Shown here piece after piece: positions 51,139-64,000 of a stretch of DNA of 64,000 nt. A program made the position numbers and the translations under genes. The notes under the pieces were generated by a model, which did no database searches, was not told where the DNA came from, and saw only the letters and a list, made by a program, of their open reading frames with translations. The first letter of the stretch is position 1. Each line of letters opens with the position of its first letter. The DNA is taken from NCBI GenBank assembly GCA_964016885.1, contig OZ024740.1, positions 354,950,001-355,014,000 of the forward strand. Direction: 5' to 3'. This stretch comes from Eledone cirrhosa. Lineage: Eukaryota.

Positions 51139-52206
51139 GTGAGTATTTCTTCATATTTCAATTGGCAAGAAATATTTAAACACCCTTTTGTGACTGAATT
51201 TCTAATAAAATAAAGTCTATTTCAATTATTTAATAATAAAAACTTTTGAAGAATTTTGTAAAATTATTGATTATTTCATTACTAAGATAGTAACTTAACA
51301 TGGTTCATATATCAAAATATGCAACAAAAGAAAATTAATATTAAAATGGGTGTCAGTTTATATTCGATATATTGTTGATTTTCACCATCTTTATCATCAA
51401 TGTAAAAAAGGCACCAAAATGGGATATATATATATGTATATCATCATCGATTAACGTCCATCTTCCACGCTAGCATGGGTTAAGCAGGTCCCAGGCAAGT
51501 TGGGTCAGGTAACTGTGTCTTGCTCATATAGGGGTGTTTTTGACTGGTTTTCTATGGCTGGATGCCCTTCCTAACGCCAACCCCATTGACAGTGTGTGCT
51601 GGGTGCTTTTTGCCATGTCTTTTACACGTCCACTTTACAGTGTAGGCTGGCTCCTTTTTGCCATGTCTTTTACATGTCCACTTTCCAGTGTAGGCTGTGT
51701 GCTTTTTGCCGTGTCTTTTACATGTTCAGTGTGGGCTGGGGATATATATATATAGTGCAGATAATTAGGGTGCTTATCCCATGGAGGTTACATTGTAAAG
51801 CCATGAAGATAAACAGGTTTAAGCAGTCTAAAAGCACTTCACACCAGTAGTGTATCCCTAGGAAATGTTGTGATGGAGTTTCCATTTACAAAATATTGTT
51901 AAGACAGAGTTACTTTTACAAAATTGTTTTATAAAATAATTATATATAAGTAACCCTGACTTAACTATATTTCATGTGTATATGTATATATATATGTATG
52001 TATGTATTTGTGTATGTGTGTGTGAATATGTATGTGTGTGTCTTGTCCATTGAAACATTTATGATAAATAGAAAAACTTACAAACATACTTTTATAAATA
52101 TATTGAAACACTGACATACATACATACATACATACATAAATTTCTAATCATACATGGACACTAACTTACAACCACATAAACAGATTATATACTGTATATA
52201 CTCAAA

Positions 52207-53020
52207 TGTAAGCTGATCCCCCATTTTATGTCCGAGAAATAGGCAAAAATTTTAACCCTATGTTTAAGCTGAGGCAACTAATTATTATGCTTAGATGGTG
52301 CAGTTTTGTAAATTCTCAAGAGTGGAGAATATATTTTAGCAATTTTAATATTTCGATATTTAAAATGTTTTAAGTGTCATTTAAAGTATAGATTTTGTTT
52401 CACAACTCCATTACATACTGTTTGTTTTTTTTACCTATTTCTGACCGTTTTGAAGGCTATATTCATTCAAAGCACATAAAAAACAATAGGAAAAACAAGT
52501 TTCACCTCCAAAGTAAAACCAGTGAAAATATTTTAGCACCTAATTTACATTGAATTTGAAGTTTGTGAAAATGAGCAAAATATTGATCTTGAACATAAGC
52601 CGACCTTCCCAGTTTACCACCAATTTTTTTGTTACATATTTCTTAGCTTATATATATTGTATGCATACATCTCTTTCATTTGATTTGTATGTTACTCTAT
52701 TACATTTGGAAGCTGACACTATTGTTGTTTGCTAAAAGGAAGTAAACTAAATTCAACAACTTGTTAAAACTTTATAAAACAGATGAAATCTTTAAAAAAA
52801 TTATTATGTAATGGAGTTGTGAAACAAAAACTATACTCTAAACAGCACTTGAAAGCATCGGAGATTCAAAATATTAAAACTTAATAAAAAATATTCTCCA
52901 TTCATGGTAATTTACAAAACTGCACCATCTAAACCTCATGTGTTGATTGCCTCAGCTTATATACAGGGTTTGGATTTTTGTCATTCTTCAGACAAAATAA
53001 AGAGGATGGCTTATATTTGG
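52207..53020. repeat. Unclassified repeat with about 210-bp inverted arms; relatives at about 6160-6830 (+) and 46445-47230 (-)
   Basis: 52207-52420 is the diverged reverse complement of 52805-53020 (CAACTCCATTACATA / TATGTAATGGAGTTG; GCTGAGGCAA / TTGCCTCAGC). Confidence 0.75.
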
Positions 53021-53811
53021 ATTGGCTTATGCATGAGTATATATAGTATGCTGGAAGATACAAATTCCAGCATTATCACATAAACATTTTGCCTCTGTGT
53101 GCCTTTCCTATAGATATTTTCATGGAAATTGTTCTGAAGAGCTTCTTCTTTGATGTCTCCTCTTCATGAGTTTAAATGTAATACTAGATTTGTGGCTAGG
53201 TCTCATCCCTTTGCAGTTGAAGTTTCTAAATATAATTGTAAATTCTATTCTGATAGTTTCTTCCCTTGCACATCTTGCTTATGGAATTTGCTTCTAGCTT
53301 CTTGCTTTCCTGAACACTAGAATTTGTAAAAATTCAAAAGAAATATCAATTGTCATCATCGTCTCTCTCGATGAATTATGTTCCCTCTGTGTCCTTTTCT
53401 TGGTATTTTAGTGACTTTTCTTGGTATTTTAGTGACTTTATTACCTTGTTTTGAGTGTGGTAAAGGAAGAAAAAAGGGGAACCCTTTAAAATTGTTGGTT
53501 TATTTTCATAGAACTGGTTTTGAGTGGGTTAGTATCAAAGGGGTTTAAAATCATAATTAAAATGACTGGATGATAATTCTAATGGGATTATTCAGTATCA
53601 TTTCTCACTACTCCAAATTTACATCACAAATTCTATGGTATTTTTACTATACAGGATAAATACATGCTAATCTACTGTTAAATATATATGTTTTTAATTG
53701 CTGTTGTACTAAATTATTTATTTTTGTAAATTAAAAAGTAAATGGTTTTTAATATAATAATCTCTTGTTTTGTTTTTTTACTCCCTATTTTCTTTCTAAA
53801 ATTGTTTTTAG

Positions 53812-54276
53812 ATTTTCCTGAGGGTCAGGTTAAATATACAAATCCTGCTTATGATTCCGATGTAAAGGACTCAGATGTTGTTCTAAGAGATCGCTCCAAG
53901 TCAGATACATCTACTTGCTATTTCTACGGAGAAGATCCTAATGACTTACGTAACAAAGGCAAGAGAAAATTCATCAAGAACATAAAACCTGAAGCTTTCA
54001 AACGTCCATCTTCTTATTCTTGCATCAATGCTGATGCCACCCCTCCTCTGAAAGATGTTGTCCTTGTTGGCTACCGAAAAAAAAGTGTAGAAGAGACAAC
54101 AGAAAGTCCACTGCAGTTAGGTACATTGGGTCCTGAATCAGCATCTCCACCCAGTGATTTTTTCTCTGGGAATCATCTTTCCAACTCTGTATCCATGACT
54201 TCTTTGTTAACACGCTCTTGTTGGAGTAGATCCAGTATAAACTCACTACCGGAATATATCGATGAGTTACACTCAG
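53812..54276 (+). CDS. FAM135A: FAM135-like exon, Ser-rich low-complexity linker (FPEGQVKYTNPAYDSD...SLPEYIDELHS)
   Basis: Long pyrimidine tract plus ttag acceptor, in phase with the previous exon; 465 nt open frame. Donor taken as CAG|gtattc; an internal TAG|gtacat donor at 54120 is also possible. Confidence 0.8.
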
Positions 54277-56355
54277 GTATTCACTCCATATATTTATGTG
54301 TGCCTTTCTCATCCTATCTCTGTATGTGTGTATGTATGTGTATGTACGTGTAGCTATTGTAATCTATCTATTTATCTTTTGCTATATTCTTTAGCTTTAT
54401 GAAATTTTTTCTAGATGTTTTAATCTGCTTCAGTGTGTCATTACTTTAATATTCCTTCAAATAAGTTCTGCTTTTTGTCATTAACAAAGCTGTCTAATAC
54501 TTTTTTTCAAACTTTCTTTAAAATAACTGGTTGTGGTGTGGCTTAAGTCTTACTAAAGTCTCTGTGAGTTGTTTTCCCCTATATTTTTCATTTCAGCCAT
54601 TAGATATTTCTGCAAAGACATATTAGCTTAGTAACGATTGATCATTTTGTTAACCTGAAATTTTGTTTTTTCATTTACACAATTCTATCATACACCATAC
54701 ATCACACTCTTTACAAATAGTCGGCTTAAAACCCAAGAAGAATATTTGCCAAAATATTTTGGAAGTCAAAAATGTTTTACATAGCTACAACTGCACAACA
54801 ATGGCTCTTCTGTGTTGAAAGCATTTCAAAACTCTCAATAGATACTAAACTTGTACAAAGTCCAAATATGCCCTACATTTAAATATTACACAAATACCCA
54901 GGAAATTACGCACACATAAACTCCTCACTCCCTCTCTTTCTCCATCCCCAGCTAAATCAAAGAAACAGTCATCTGATTTTAGTTAAGCAATTGCTCTTAA
55001 TCTACTTACCTAACTACCGACCTACCTACTTGCTTGCCTGCCTTGTTTGCCTAGCCATCTCTCTCCCTCCATCATGATGATGATGATCATGATGATCATG
55101 ATCATGATGATCATGATCATCATCATGATCATAACTATCATCATCATCATCTCCATTTTCTGTCTTATTTTCCATGCTTGCATGAGTTAGATAGGTTGTC
55201 ATGCTCTTAGACTTCACAGGCAGATCAGACAATTGTGTCTTGGTTATATGTTCCATTTTGCATGTTTGCTATGGCTGGATGCCCTACCTAATGCACCTAA
55301 TGCCAACCACTTCATGGCATGTACTGGCTTTGTTTTCTCATAGTACTACCATTACCACCTAACAAAGTTGATTGGCTGTTTTTTCATGGCGTCAACACTA
55401 ACACATTTCGGTGTGGGCTGTGCACATTTTATTGTAGTATCAGAACAGTCACATTTCAACACTAACACACCCTTAGCTGGGCTGGGTGGGCAGTGATAGA
55501 GAGTGGTGAGAGGATTTGGCCTGCCAGGTAGCTTAATATATATATATGTGTGTGTGTATGTGTATATATTTATGCTTGTGTGTATATATATATGTGTGTG
55601 TATATATATGATGCCTATGCTTGAGCTGCTATGTTCCATGGCAGAGAGACATAGGCCCTGAGTGTGTAAAGTTAGCTCACTTGTGCTCTCTCAATCATGT
55701 ACACTAAGAGAAAAGCTGAGAATAAGAAAAATTGAATGTAGCATGCAAAAAAAAAAACTACATTGATATGGTCATGTGATGCATAAAGACAGTGAGAGTT
55801 GTATTTAAAAGTGCCAAGCACTCCAAGTGGATGGATCCTCTGGAAATGGATGACCTAAAAACTGAAGCTTATGAAGGAGATGATACAAGATTGAACTGAC
55901 TAGTCATGATACAAGATTGAACTGACTAGTCATGATACAAAGGACCTCCTCTCCTGTATAAGTACTGTGATACAAAAAGTAAATGTAATAAGTGATTGGA
56001 GGTTATAGTGTTGACAATCAAAGAGAATCAATATGAGATTTGAGAGGACCCTTCAGTCTGGATGAGCATGTAACAATCTCTCTAGTGATGGTGCCACAAT
56101 AAAATGCACTCAGTACATCCTGTAAAGTGTTTGTGTTGGTGCCATGAAAAGAATGCACCCAGTACACCCAGTACAACTTAAGAGGGTTGGAAATATGAAG
56201 GGCATCCAGCCATAGAAACCATCCCAAATATGGACCATATGAGTTTGGTGGGTTAATGCAACCTGTCTAATCTTAGACCATGAGAGTTTGACAACCTGTC
56301 CAACCTATTCCAGTATGGAAGGTGGACATAAAATGATGATGATAATGATGGCATG

Positions 56356-56394
<39 letters not shown>

Positions 56395-57059
56395 AAGAGA
56401 AAAGAGACAGTAACTTCAAAGTTTCAGCTATTGCTTCAATAAATCTCAACTTCTCCTCACATGTAGTGAGTGCTCATTCAATTAATGTTTGAATGTTTTA
56501 AGTATGCTAGTATTTAAAATGACTTTAGTATATGATATAGGATCATGTTGGCTGGTGACATACCATACTATGAGAGTAGGATGAAATGAGAATGAAAAGG
56601 ATGGTAGTGATGGAGGAGAGAAATGTAACAACATTTAGATCCCTGTCTGCACCACTCTCCCTCATACACCTTCTCCTACCTTAGTACTTACCCCGGCTCA
56701 TCTCTCTCATTATCCAATTACCCCCACCTTTGCCCTCCACCACTCACATCCTTCATCCTCACCTTGGTTCCCTAACCTATGTCAGCATGGAAAGCAGATG
56801 CACTTGTTCATCACTCTCACCTTGTCCAACCCATACCAGCATACAAAGCATCCCTCTTTTCTCATCCAACCCACACTTGCTTGGAAAGCCGGGGACTCCC
56901 TACCACAATAGTCTGTCCAGTAAAGTAGTAGTACCTGTGCTAAGTTTGGATTAGGAAGAGCATCAATCCATAGAAACCATACCAAAAATAATTGTATGAG
57001 CTAGACATGGTCACCTGACTGATCTATTCTCAGAATATGACATCCTGTCTAACATATGT

Positions 57060-57435
57060 GACTGCCAGATGCAAATTTGGCAGTCACTTTGGAAAGCAAC
57101 CCAAATTTTCTGAATCTGTTGTGAACCTCTAATGAAGCCCACTTTCACTTAGAGGAGAAAATCAAATCTAAGAACAATGTGTTCTGGGAGGCAAAGGAAC
57201 CCATTGAAGTAGCTGGGAAACCTCTCCACTTGTCTAAATGTACCATCTGGGCTGCTATTTCTGAGAGAGGGTTGATTGACCCATTCTTTTTTAAAGAAAT
57301 GGTGTCACTGTTTCAGTCACAAAGGAACATTATGTGGAAGTCCTGGAAGCTACAGACCATGCATATTTCTTTAATGAATATGTTCTGGTTCCAGCAAGAT
57401 GGGGCAAGCCCTCACACCACCCATGTGTCTCAAGA
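57060..57435 (+). mobile_element. Tc1/mariner transposase fragment (DD41D/DD37D-like)
   Basis: SNEAHFHL...PLHLSKCTIWAAISERGLIDPFFF...WFQQDGASPHT; truncated before the third catalytic residue, so the family cannot be fixed. Confidence 0.75.
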
Positions 57436-58374
57436 ATTAGACAAGTCATCACAGAATCAGTACTTAATTGGAACCACAGATGTCTCAGATGAGCGAGAGG
57501 CCGCATTACACTCACATACATTCCTGCACTCTGCAGAATGCACTGTGAATTTTATACTGGTACCAGCACAAGAGAGGTCATCACATCTTTGACACATCAA
57601 AAGAGTCCCCTTTACCCTTTGTTTGGTAAGTTTTCTATGGCTGAATGCCCTTCCTAACACCAATCACATTACAGAGCATACTGTGTGTGCTTTATGCCAT
57701 TAACACTAGAAAAGTTGTCATGCAGTCACTGAAGGATCTTCTCAATCCTTCTTGGCATGGTTTCTACAACTGAAAATCCTTCCTATCACCAACCACCTTA
57801 TATATAGAGATTATATATAAATAGTAGCCTACTGTCAAGCTGTAATCTCTTCCTGTTTGTCCTACTACTACTAACAGTTATTTGTTTTTTAGTTTCTGAC
57901 TATATTCTCCCCCACCTCAATGCATCTATCTGTCTTTTGCTCTAAAACTGCATCCTCTATAACTCCATCCCTGCTTATGGCTGTTTTTTTTTAATACTAA
58001 TCTATATACATTCAAACTGAACATTAAGTTCTCTTTCTACACATAGTTACTTTGAACTTTCAAACTTGTAAGATTTGAAAATGCTATGGATCTTACTTTT
58101 TCATTACCATATTTCTAATGAAAGACACTACCTATAATTTTTAAATTTTGAAAATAATTGAAACTTTTGAGGGATTTAGTCATGTAACTAACTTATTAAG
58201 TTGGTGTTTAGAACTTAACTTAACAAAGATTCTTGCAAAGAATTAGGGAAGGTTTTTGAATAAATATAATCCTAGTGAAATACACAGTTTTGTATTATCG
58301 AACCAGGGTATCAAAAGTAATAAATTAACAAACAAAAGGAAAAAGTGAAAGTACTAATATATGATTGACATGTT

Positions 58375-58468
<94 letters not shown>

Positions 58469-58492
58469 TTCTATACCTTTCATTTATATATA

Positions 58493-58536
<44 letters not shown>

Positions 58537-58572
58537 GTATGCATGCATGGATGGATGGATGGATGGATGGAT
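58375..58572. repeat. (TA)n plus (ATGG)n microsatellite
   Basis: Seen directly. Confidence 0.95.
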
Positions 58573-61477
58573 TTCCTTGGGTTACAATTGAAAAAAAAAG
58601 AACATGCAAACAGTTATAGTTGCTGTGTAAATGAAAAAACACAAAAGTATCAGGTTTCCATTCTGATCAGTCTTTACCCGATTTTTCTTTTTGTAGTTAT
58701 TTCATACTTCCACCCAACACTTTTGCAGATTTTGCATTGAAAAGCAAGAATGATAGTTTAAGCATTCTGTTGCCGTAGCCAAGTGGCTGAAGTGTTTAAA
58801 TAAAAAAAAAATAATAATCTCCAAATAAATAACTAGAATAGTAACTGATTTACGGTTAACTATGGATAGAGGTTTCAAATAACAACTTGTTCAATTGGCA
58901 ATAGAGAGTTTCAGCAAGCATGTTAAATAATCAGCGACTGAAATTGAGTGACTATAGCAACTGTAATCATAAATGCAGTATGTTAACATGTATAAAGTAT
59001 GTAGATGTGTATAGGTCTGTAACTCTTGATGGAGTTGTAGGAGTGCTGTCATGACATACTGTGTGTATTGCATTTTTTAAACCTGGTGAAGCCCATTCCT
59101 CTCCAGGTCTGAACATAGCTGATTTCTCCCTGAGAAAGAAAGAGACTGGTAGAAAAGAAGAAAGAGATATAGAGGCAGATTTGACCCAGTACTGAACTGG
59201 TATTTTTTTTAGCGATCTCAAAAGGATGGCAGAAGTTGTGCTCAGAGAGCCCAGAGAGTTGGAACAAATACCGCAAAGCATTTTATCTGACATTTTTATA
59301 ACTTTGCCAATATGCCACCTAACATGTATGAAGAGAATTTTCTAATTAGACAATTTGAATTAGATATTGTACATAGACACACAACACAGTGTAACTCAAT
59401 ATGCAAAGTCCTTATGCTGAGGAGAATATGTCTAAATTAGATTCAATAGCCAGAAGTGAAATATTTACTGAATTATGCAGTTCATCTAATTTTAAAGACA
59501 GACTGCCCATCCAAATTTTATAATTGGTTAGCTTCAAATCATCTCTGTTCTGATTTAATTTTTAGTTCTCTGAGATTAATGAAATAACTGTTATTAACAT
59601 TTCAGGATAGTTTTGTTGCTTCAAGTGAAAACTATTTTAGAGAATCTATTTGATTTGAAGCTTTTCCTTACAGCAGAACAGAGATATTGAATTTCATCGG
59701 TATTTCTTATGAATTATATGAAGAAGTTGATAATTTGGTCCTGTTAATAAATAAGTAACTTAGGTGTTGAACAGAAACAATCAAATTTGGTTGATAGAAA
59801 TTTTGTCATGATTTGTAACTTTTCATGCTGTTTTTGTTTCAGTAAAGCTTTTTCTCATGTGCTTTGTCCTCAAAGACTGCCAAAAGCATGCTGCTAATCT
59901 TTCTCAATTTTACTTACTTTGACTTCTCTGTTCTTTCTTGTTCATTCTGCTGAATGTTTTGTCTACACAGTGACATGTGTTCACCATGCACCATCATTTA
60001 GGGTTTGGGTATTTTATTTCTTTCACTTGCTCTTAAAAACTTAAAATATTTCAAATAGTGTCATTTGATATTATTTAAACTTCTATCATACCATTGTAAA
60101 TGTTGATTGTATTGTTTAATTATAAAATGTGTTTTGTCCAGTATGTTTAAAATCTAAATTCTGTTCAATATCACTCCATGATAAAGAAACCTTTCTAAAC
60201 TACTTTATTTATAGCGTAATTTTGTTATAAAGTAGTGTTTCCAAATATACTGTTACAAACTGATTTATCTATTAGGCTTCATTCCATCATTTATTTCCTG
60301 TCTTCCATTCAATGTATCCATTCTATGGACTTATGTATTTAGATTTGTTTCATTTGCATTGGAGTGATAGCTGTAAAAATACCCCATATTTCATGTTCAT
60401 TCTGACATTTTTAATTAGAAATATCCATCATAAAGATATTAATTTTCTACAAAAGACATACTGATCTAGTTTATTATTGCCCTTTCCATGTATAAATCAG
60501 GATATAAGCTGCAACAAATGAATTCCTTATTATTCATCGTACCAGTTCCAGTTTACTTATACATGGTACCAGTACACAATTAGATCTACTGAGTCATTAA
60601 CAGTTGTATATCTTTGCTAAATATACAGTTCAGCATTGGTGAAGGAGTGGGTATGAGCTTTTGTTCATTTTCACAGGTAAGCTGACACACTGTTAACTGG
60701 CTGCCAGTATCTTTATGAAAATTAAATAATCCTGTTTTTTATAAGTTAGTAAAAAAAGAAAAGGCTATGTCATTGACTCTTGCAAATGTGATCCCTGCTT
60801 AAATCAATAAATTCTATTATATATACTATATAATAGAATTTATATATATATATAATGTAGATAAATCTACCAAAATATACGGTAGTGTCCAATCCGTATG
60901 ATTTATATATATATATATAATGTTAATTCATGTGAAATTAATTCATGGGATTAATTCCTGACTTGCTAGTTTGGAAGTTAGAAGAAAACTTTAGGTGTAA
61001 CATCAAACTATGTAGCATTACAAATCACTCCTTCGAGAGATGTCCATATGAGTACAATGGCTCACCACCTAGAAAGAAGTTCAACACTTTCAAAGCCAAT
61101 TTAGAAATTGATAGACAAAAATAAGACTTCCAGTATCTCAAGGGCATTGTTAAATAAGGTACAGGTAATAAAGAATGGATTAAAATCTTGTGATGTCTGC
61201 TTCACAAAGAACTTTCACATTGTCCATTATCCTATACCAATTTTAAATAAAAAGGATGAGCTAATTTTCGCTTGCTAACATATGCCAAAATTCTTCATTT
61301 AGAATTTCAAAGAAGGCTCTCAGATATATGATATACACTGTTTATTTTATTAGATTACAAGCCTAAAGTTATTTCATTATTTTCAAAGCTGCTGTTTAAG
61401 TTATATATATGTTATAAGCTGGTGATTCACTCTGTTGCTATGCGAAGTAGCTTTATATATATATATATAAATATATA

Positions 61478-61556
61478 AGGGGTGTCCCCCAAAAATGTAT
61501 ACACACTTCAACACCATTCTAATAATAATATGTATACATTTTTAGGGGGCACCCTG
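61478..61556. mobile_element. About 80-bp Tc1/mariner-type MITE inside a (TA)n tract
   Basis: About 26-bp TIRs AGGGGTGTCCCCCAAAAATGTATACA / TGTATACATTTTTAGGGGGCACCCTG, followed by TA. Confidence 0.75.
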
Positions 61557-61652
61557 TATATATATATATTTATATATATATGCACATATACACACACACA
61601 TATATATATATTTACATATATATATATATGTAAATATATATATATATATATG

Positions 61653-61692
<40 letters not shown>

Positions 61693-61740
61693 AATATATA
61701 TATATATGTAAATATATTTATGTAAATATATATTTATGTA

Positions 61741-61786
<46 letters not shown>

Positions 61787-61930
61787 TATATATTTACATA
61801 CATATATTTACATAAGTATATATATATATATACACATATATATATATATTTATATACATATTTATATACATATATATATATATATGTATATATATATTTA
61901 TATATGTGTATGTATGTATATGTATACGCA
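61557..61930. repeat. Long interrupted (TA)n array with recurring TGTAAA and TTTACA motifs
   Basis: Seen directly. Confidence 0.95.
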
Positions 61931-63243
61931 CAGGCTGGAGATAGAACGTGTAGCAACAAGGGCAGTGCCCCAGCATGGCCTCAGCTGGATGGCTGGAACA
62001 GGTAAAAGAGTGAATGTGTATATATATGTTATGTATGTATATATATGTATATAACATATAACATAGTGAAAAGACATATTAAAACATATCTTAATGCTAC
62101 ATGTATCTACTTGAAACGGGTTATTTCTATAGAAACTTAGAAGCAACTTAATTTATTTCTTAGATTTGTGCTACCAGTGTTGGCATATGTGATTAGAAGA
62201 GTACTTTACTGTTTGAGCGTTAGTCTGCCGCATGGTCCCAGCAGACAGAAGGGCAATGTTGGCTTGGAGGATGGTGAGGGGGAAGCACTGGAACAACCAC
62301 TCTAACTCATGTGCCATACTCATGTGGGTAGCTAACTCCAAGCTCATTGTAGGGATCTGGTGTATGGGCCAAGAATGCCAGTTAGCAAGCTCCCATATAA
62401 TATAGTATTACAATTTTATTTCATAGCTTTTGTGTTGGAAAATTTTCAACATTCTAGAATAAATATTCCCCCTTTTTTTTCTTTTTGTAATTGAAAAATA
62501 ATATTTTTTTAGGATTGTATCTATTAATGGACATTTCTAAAATATTTCCGGAATCAATTCTGTTTTCTCATTACTTCATCTCATGTTATTCATTTCTATT
62601 AGATTGGCTCTCATCTTTAAGTATTTAAGAGCTTCACTTCCTTCCCTGGCCCATTTTCCCATTCCAATTTGGTCTCTTTTGCTCTTTTCAATTAATTAGT
62701 CAACACGGACAACATTACTCATTAGGAATGTGGCTTTGATGCAGAGAAATATGAAATGCACGCTTGATGAAGCATTCTCCGTTATTACAGAATTCAAGGG
62801 CTGTTTTATGTAATACCATTTCTAGGATATAGATAAATTATTAGGTTAGATTTAATAAACTTCAGATAATAATCATACTCATGGTCTATATATTTAATTG
62901 ATTACAAAGAGGGATTTTATGCCTGTTACTAATGAATTACACATTTTAAAATTGTTACTTTGCCTGAATAAATTCTGTGTGTGTATGTTTGTAAGTGTAT
63001 GCTATGAGCACATGCATGTTTTTGGAGTTTTACATTCAGTTTTCCATAATAGCTTAAGAGGTAGTTTTGTTTCATTGCGAATATGGATATTTGCTGATTG
63101 TTAACACTAATGATTTGATGGTTGGATACCATTTTTATGATTATCTACTCAATGGTAAAATAGGAGTAGAACTTCAGCTAGACTGAAGAAAGTAGGACTT
63201 TGTGCATTAAAAAGGAGTACAACACACATACATGCACACGCGT

Positions 63244-63275
<32 letters not shown>

Positions 63276-64000
63276 TCTCTCTCATGATTTTTGTTTGGAA
63301 AACATGTTCTTATAAAATCTATTGAGGAGTGCTCTGCATCTCCCATTTTCCTGCATAGTTAACATGAGCTTAAACTGTGCATCATGCTAATATTATGCAG
63401 GGCAGTAAAAGCATAGACATTAGAGCAGCAGACAAAACATAGAACCATTGAAGGATGGCCATTAGAGCACTGGAAAAAATGCATTTGGGGTATTTGTAAT
63501 TTCATCTTAATGTTCTGAGCTCAAACGGTTGACCATTTGACTATGGATCAGAATAAATAAGTGGATTCACTCCACCATACCACTTTCTTTATGAATTCAT
63601 AGCCCTGTGCCTCCCTATGTTTCTATGGTGTGTATTCCAGGTGTACAATCAATGGAACCACCCACTCATGTAATTAATGTGCAAGTGGCTGAGCATTCTA
63701 CAAATACACACATTCTTAACATAATTTTCAGAGAGATTCAGCATAATGTTGTGTGTGTGACAAAACTGGCCCTTTGAATTACATATATAGTCGATCCATT
63801 AGGCTATCAAACAGTCTCCATCTACCTAATTTCATTAACAAAGTTTGGATGGACCTGAGGCAATGGTAAATGACATTTACCTGTGATGTGCTCACAAGGA
63901 TTGAGCTGTAGATTTACTTAGGTTTTGCCATCACAGACAAATTAGTAGACTGATATTGTTGATATGCACTAATGTTGTATATCTATGTAACTACTTAATG

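Noticed and set aside
53742-54353. 203-aa stand-alone gene with a hydrophobic N-terminus
   Set aside because: The N-terminus is a translated polypyrimidine tract; the real coding part is the FAM135 exon 53812-54276.
54277-64000. Further FAM135 exons (C-terminal lipase-like domain)
   Set aside because: I found no phase-compatible exon with recognisable motifs. A short or poorly conserved exon cannot be excluded without RNA data.

Overview
AT-rich, microsatellite-dense animal genomic DNA. The repeat content suggests a mollusc, probably an octopus or other coleoid cephalopod (inference). The window lies inside one large + strand gene, a FAM135A/B homolog. I traced nine consecutive internal coding exons (6970-54276) by hand, all with GT-AG boundaries and consistent phases; the start and C-terminal exons were not found. 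The introns are packed with transposons: a near-intact DD37D (maT) Tc1/mariner element with a single in-frame stop, decayed DD34D and DD41D-like transposase relics, and two TTAA/piggyBac-type MITE families. They also hold tRNA-derived SINEs with clear TSDs, RTE, CR1, Tx1/L1-like and R4/Dong-like LINE fragments, and Penelope-like hairpins with degenerate hammerhead motifs. There is no prokaryotic system or CRISPR array, and most ORFs in the supplied track are spurious. I found no clear-cut new biological system. The best leads are inverted-repeat architectures next to FAM135 exons (candidate dsRNA, ADAR or circRNA substrates), the sense-oriented maT element carrying its own splice acceptor, a coding-like 21-bp repeat, and structured-RNA repeats.
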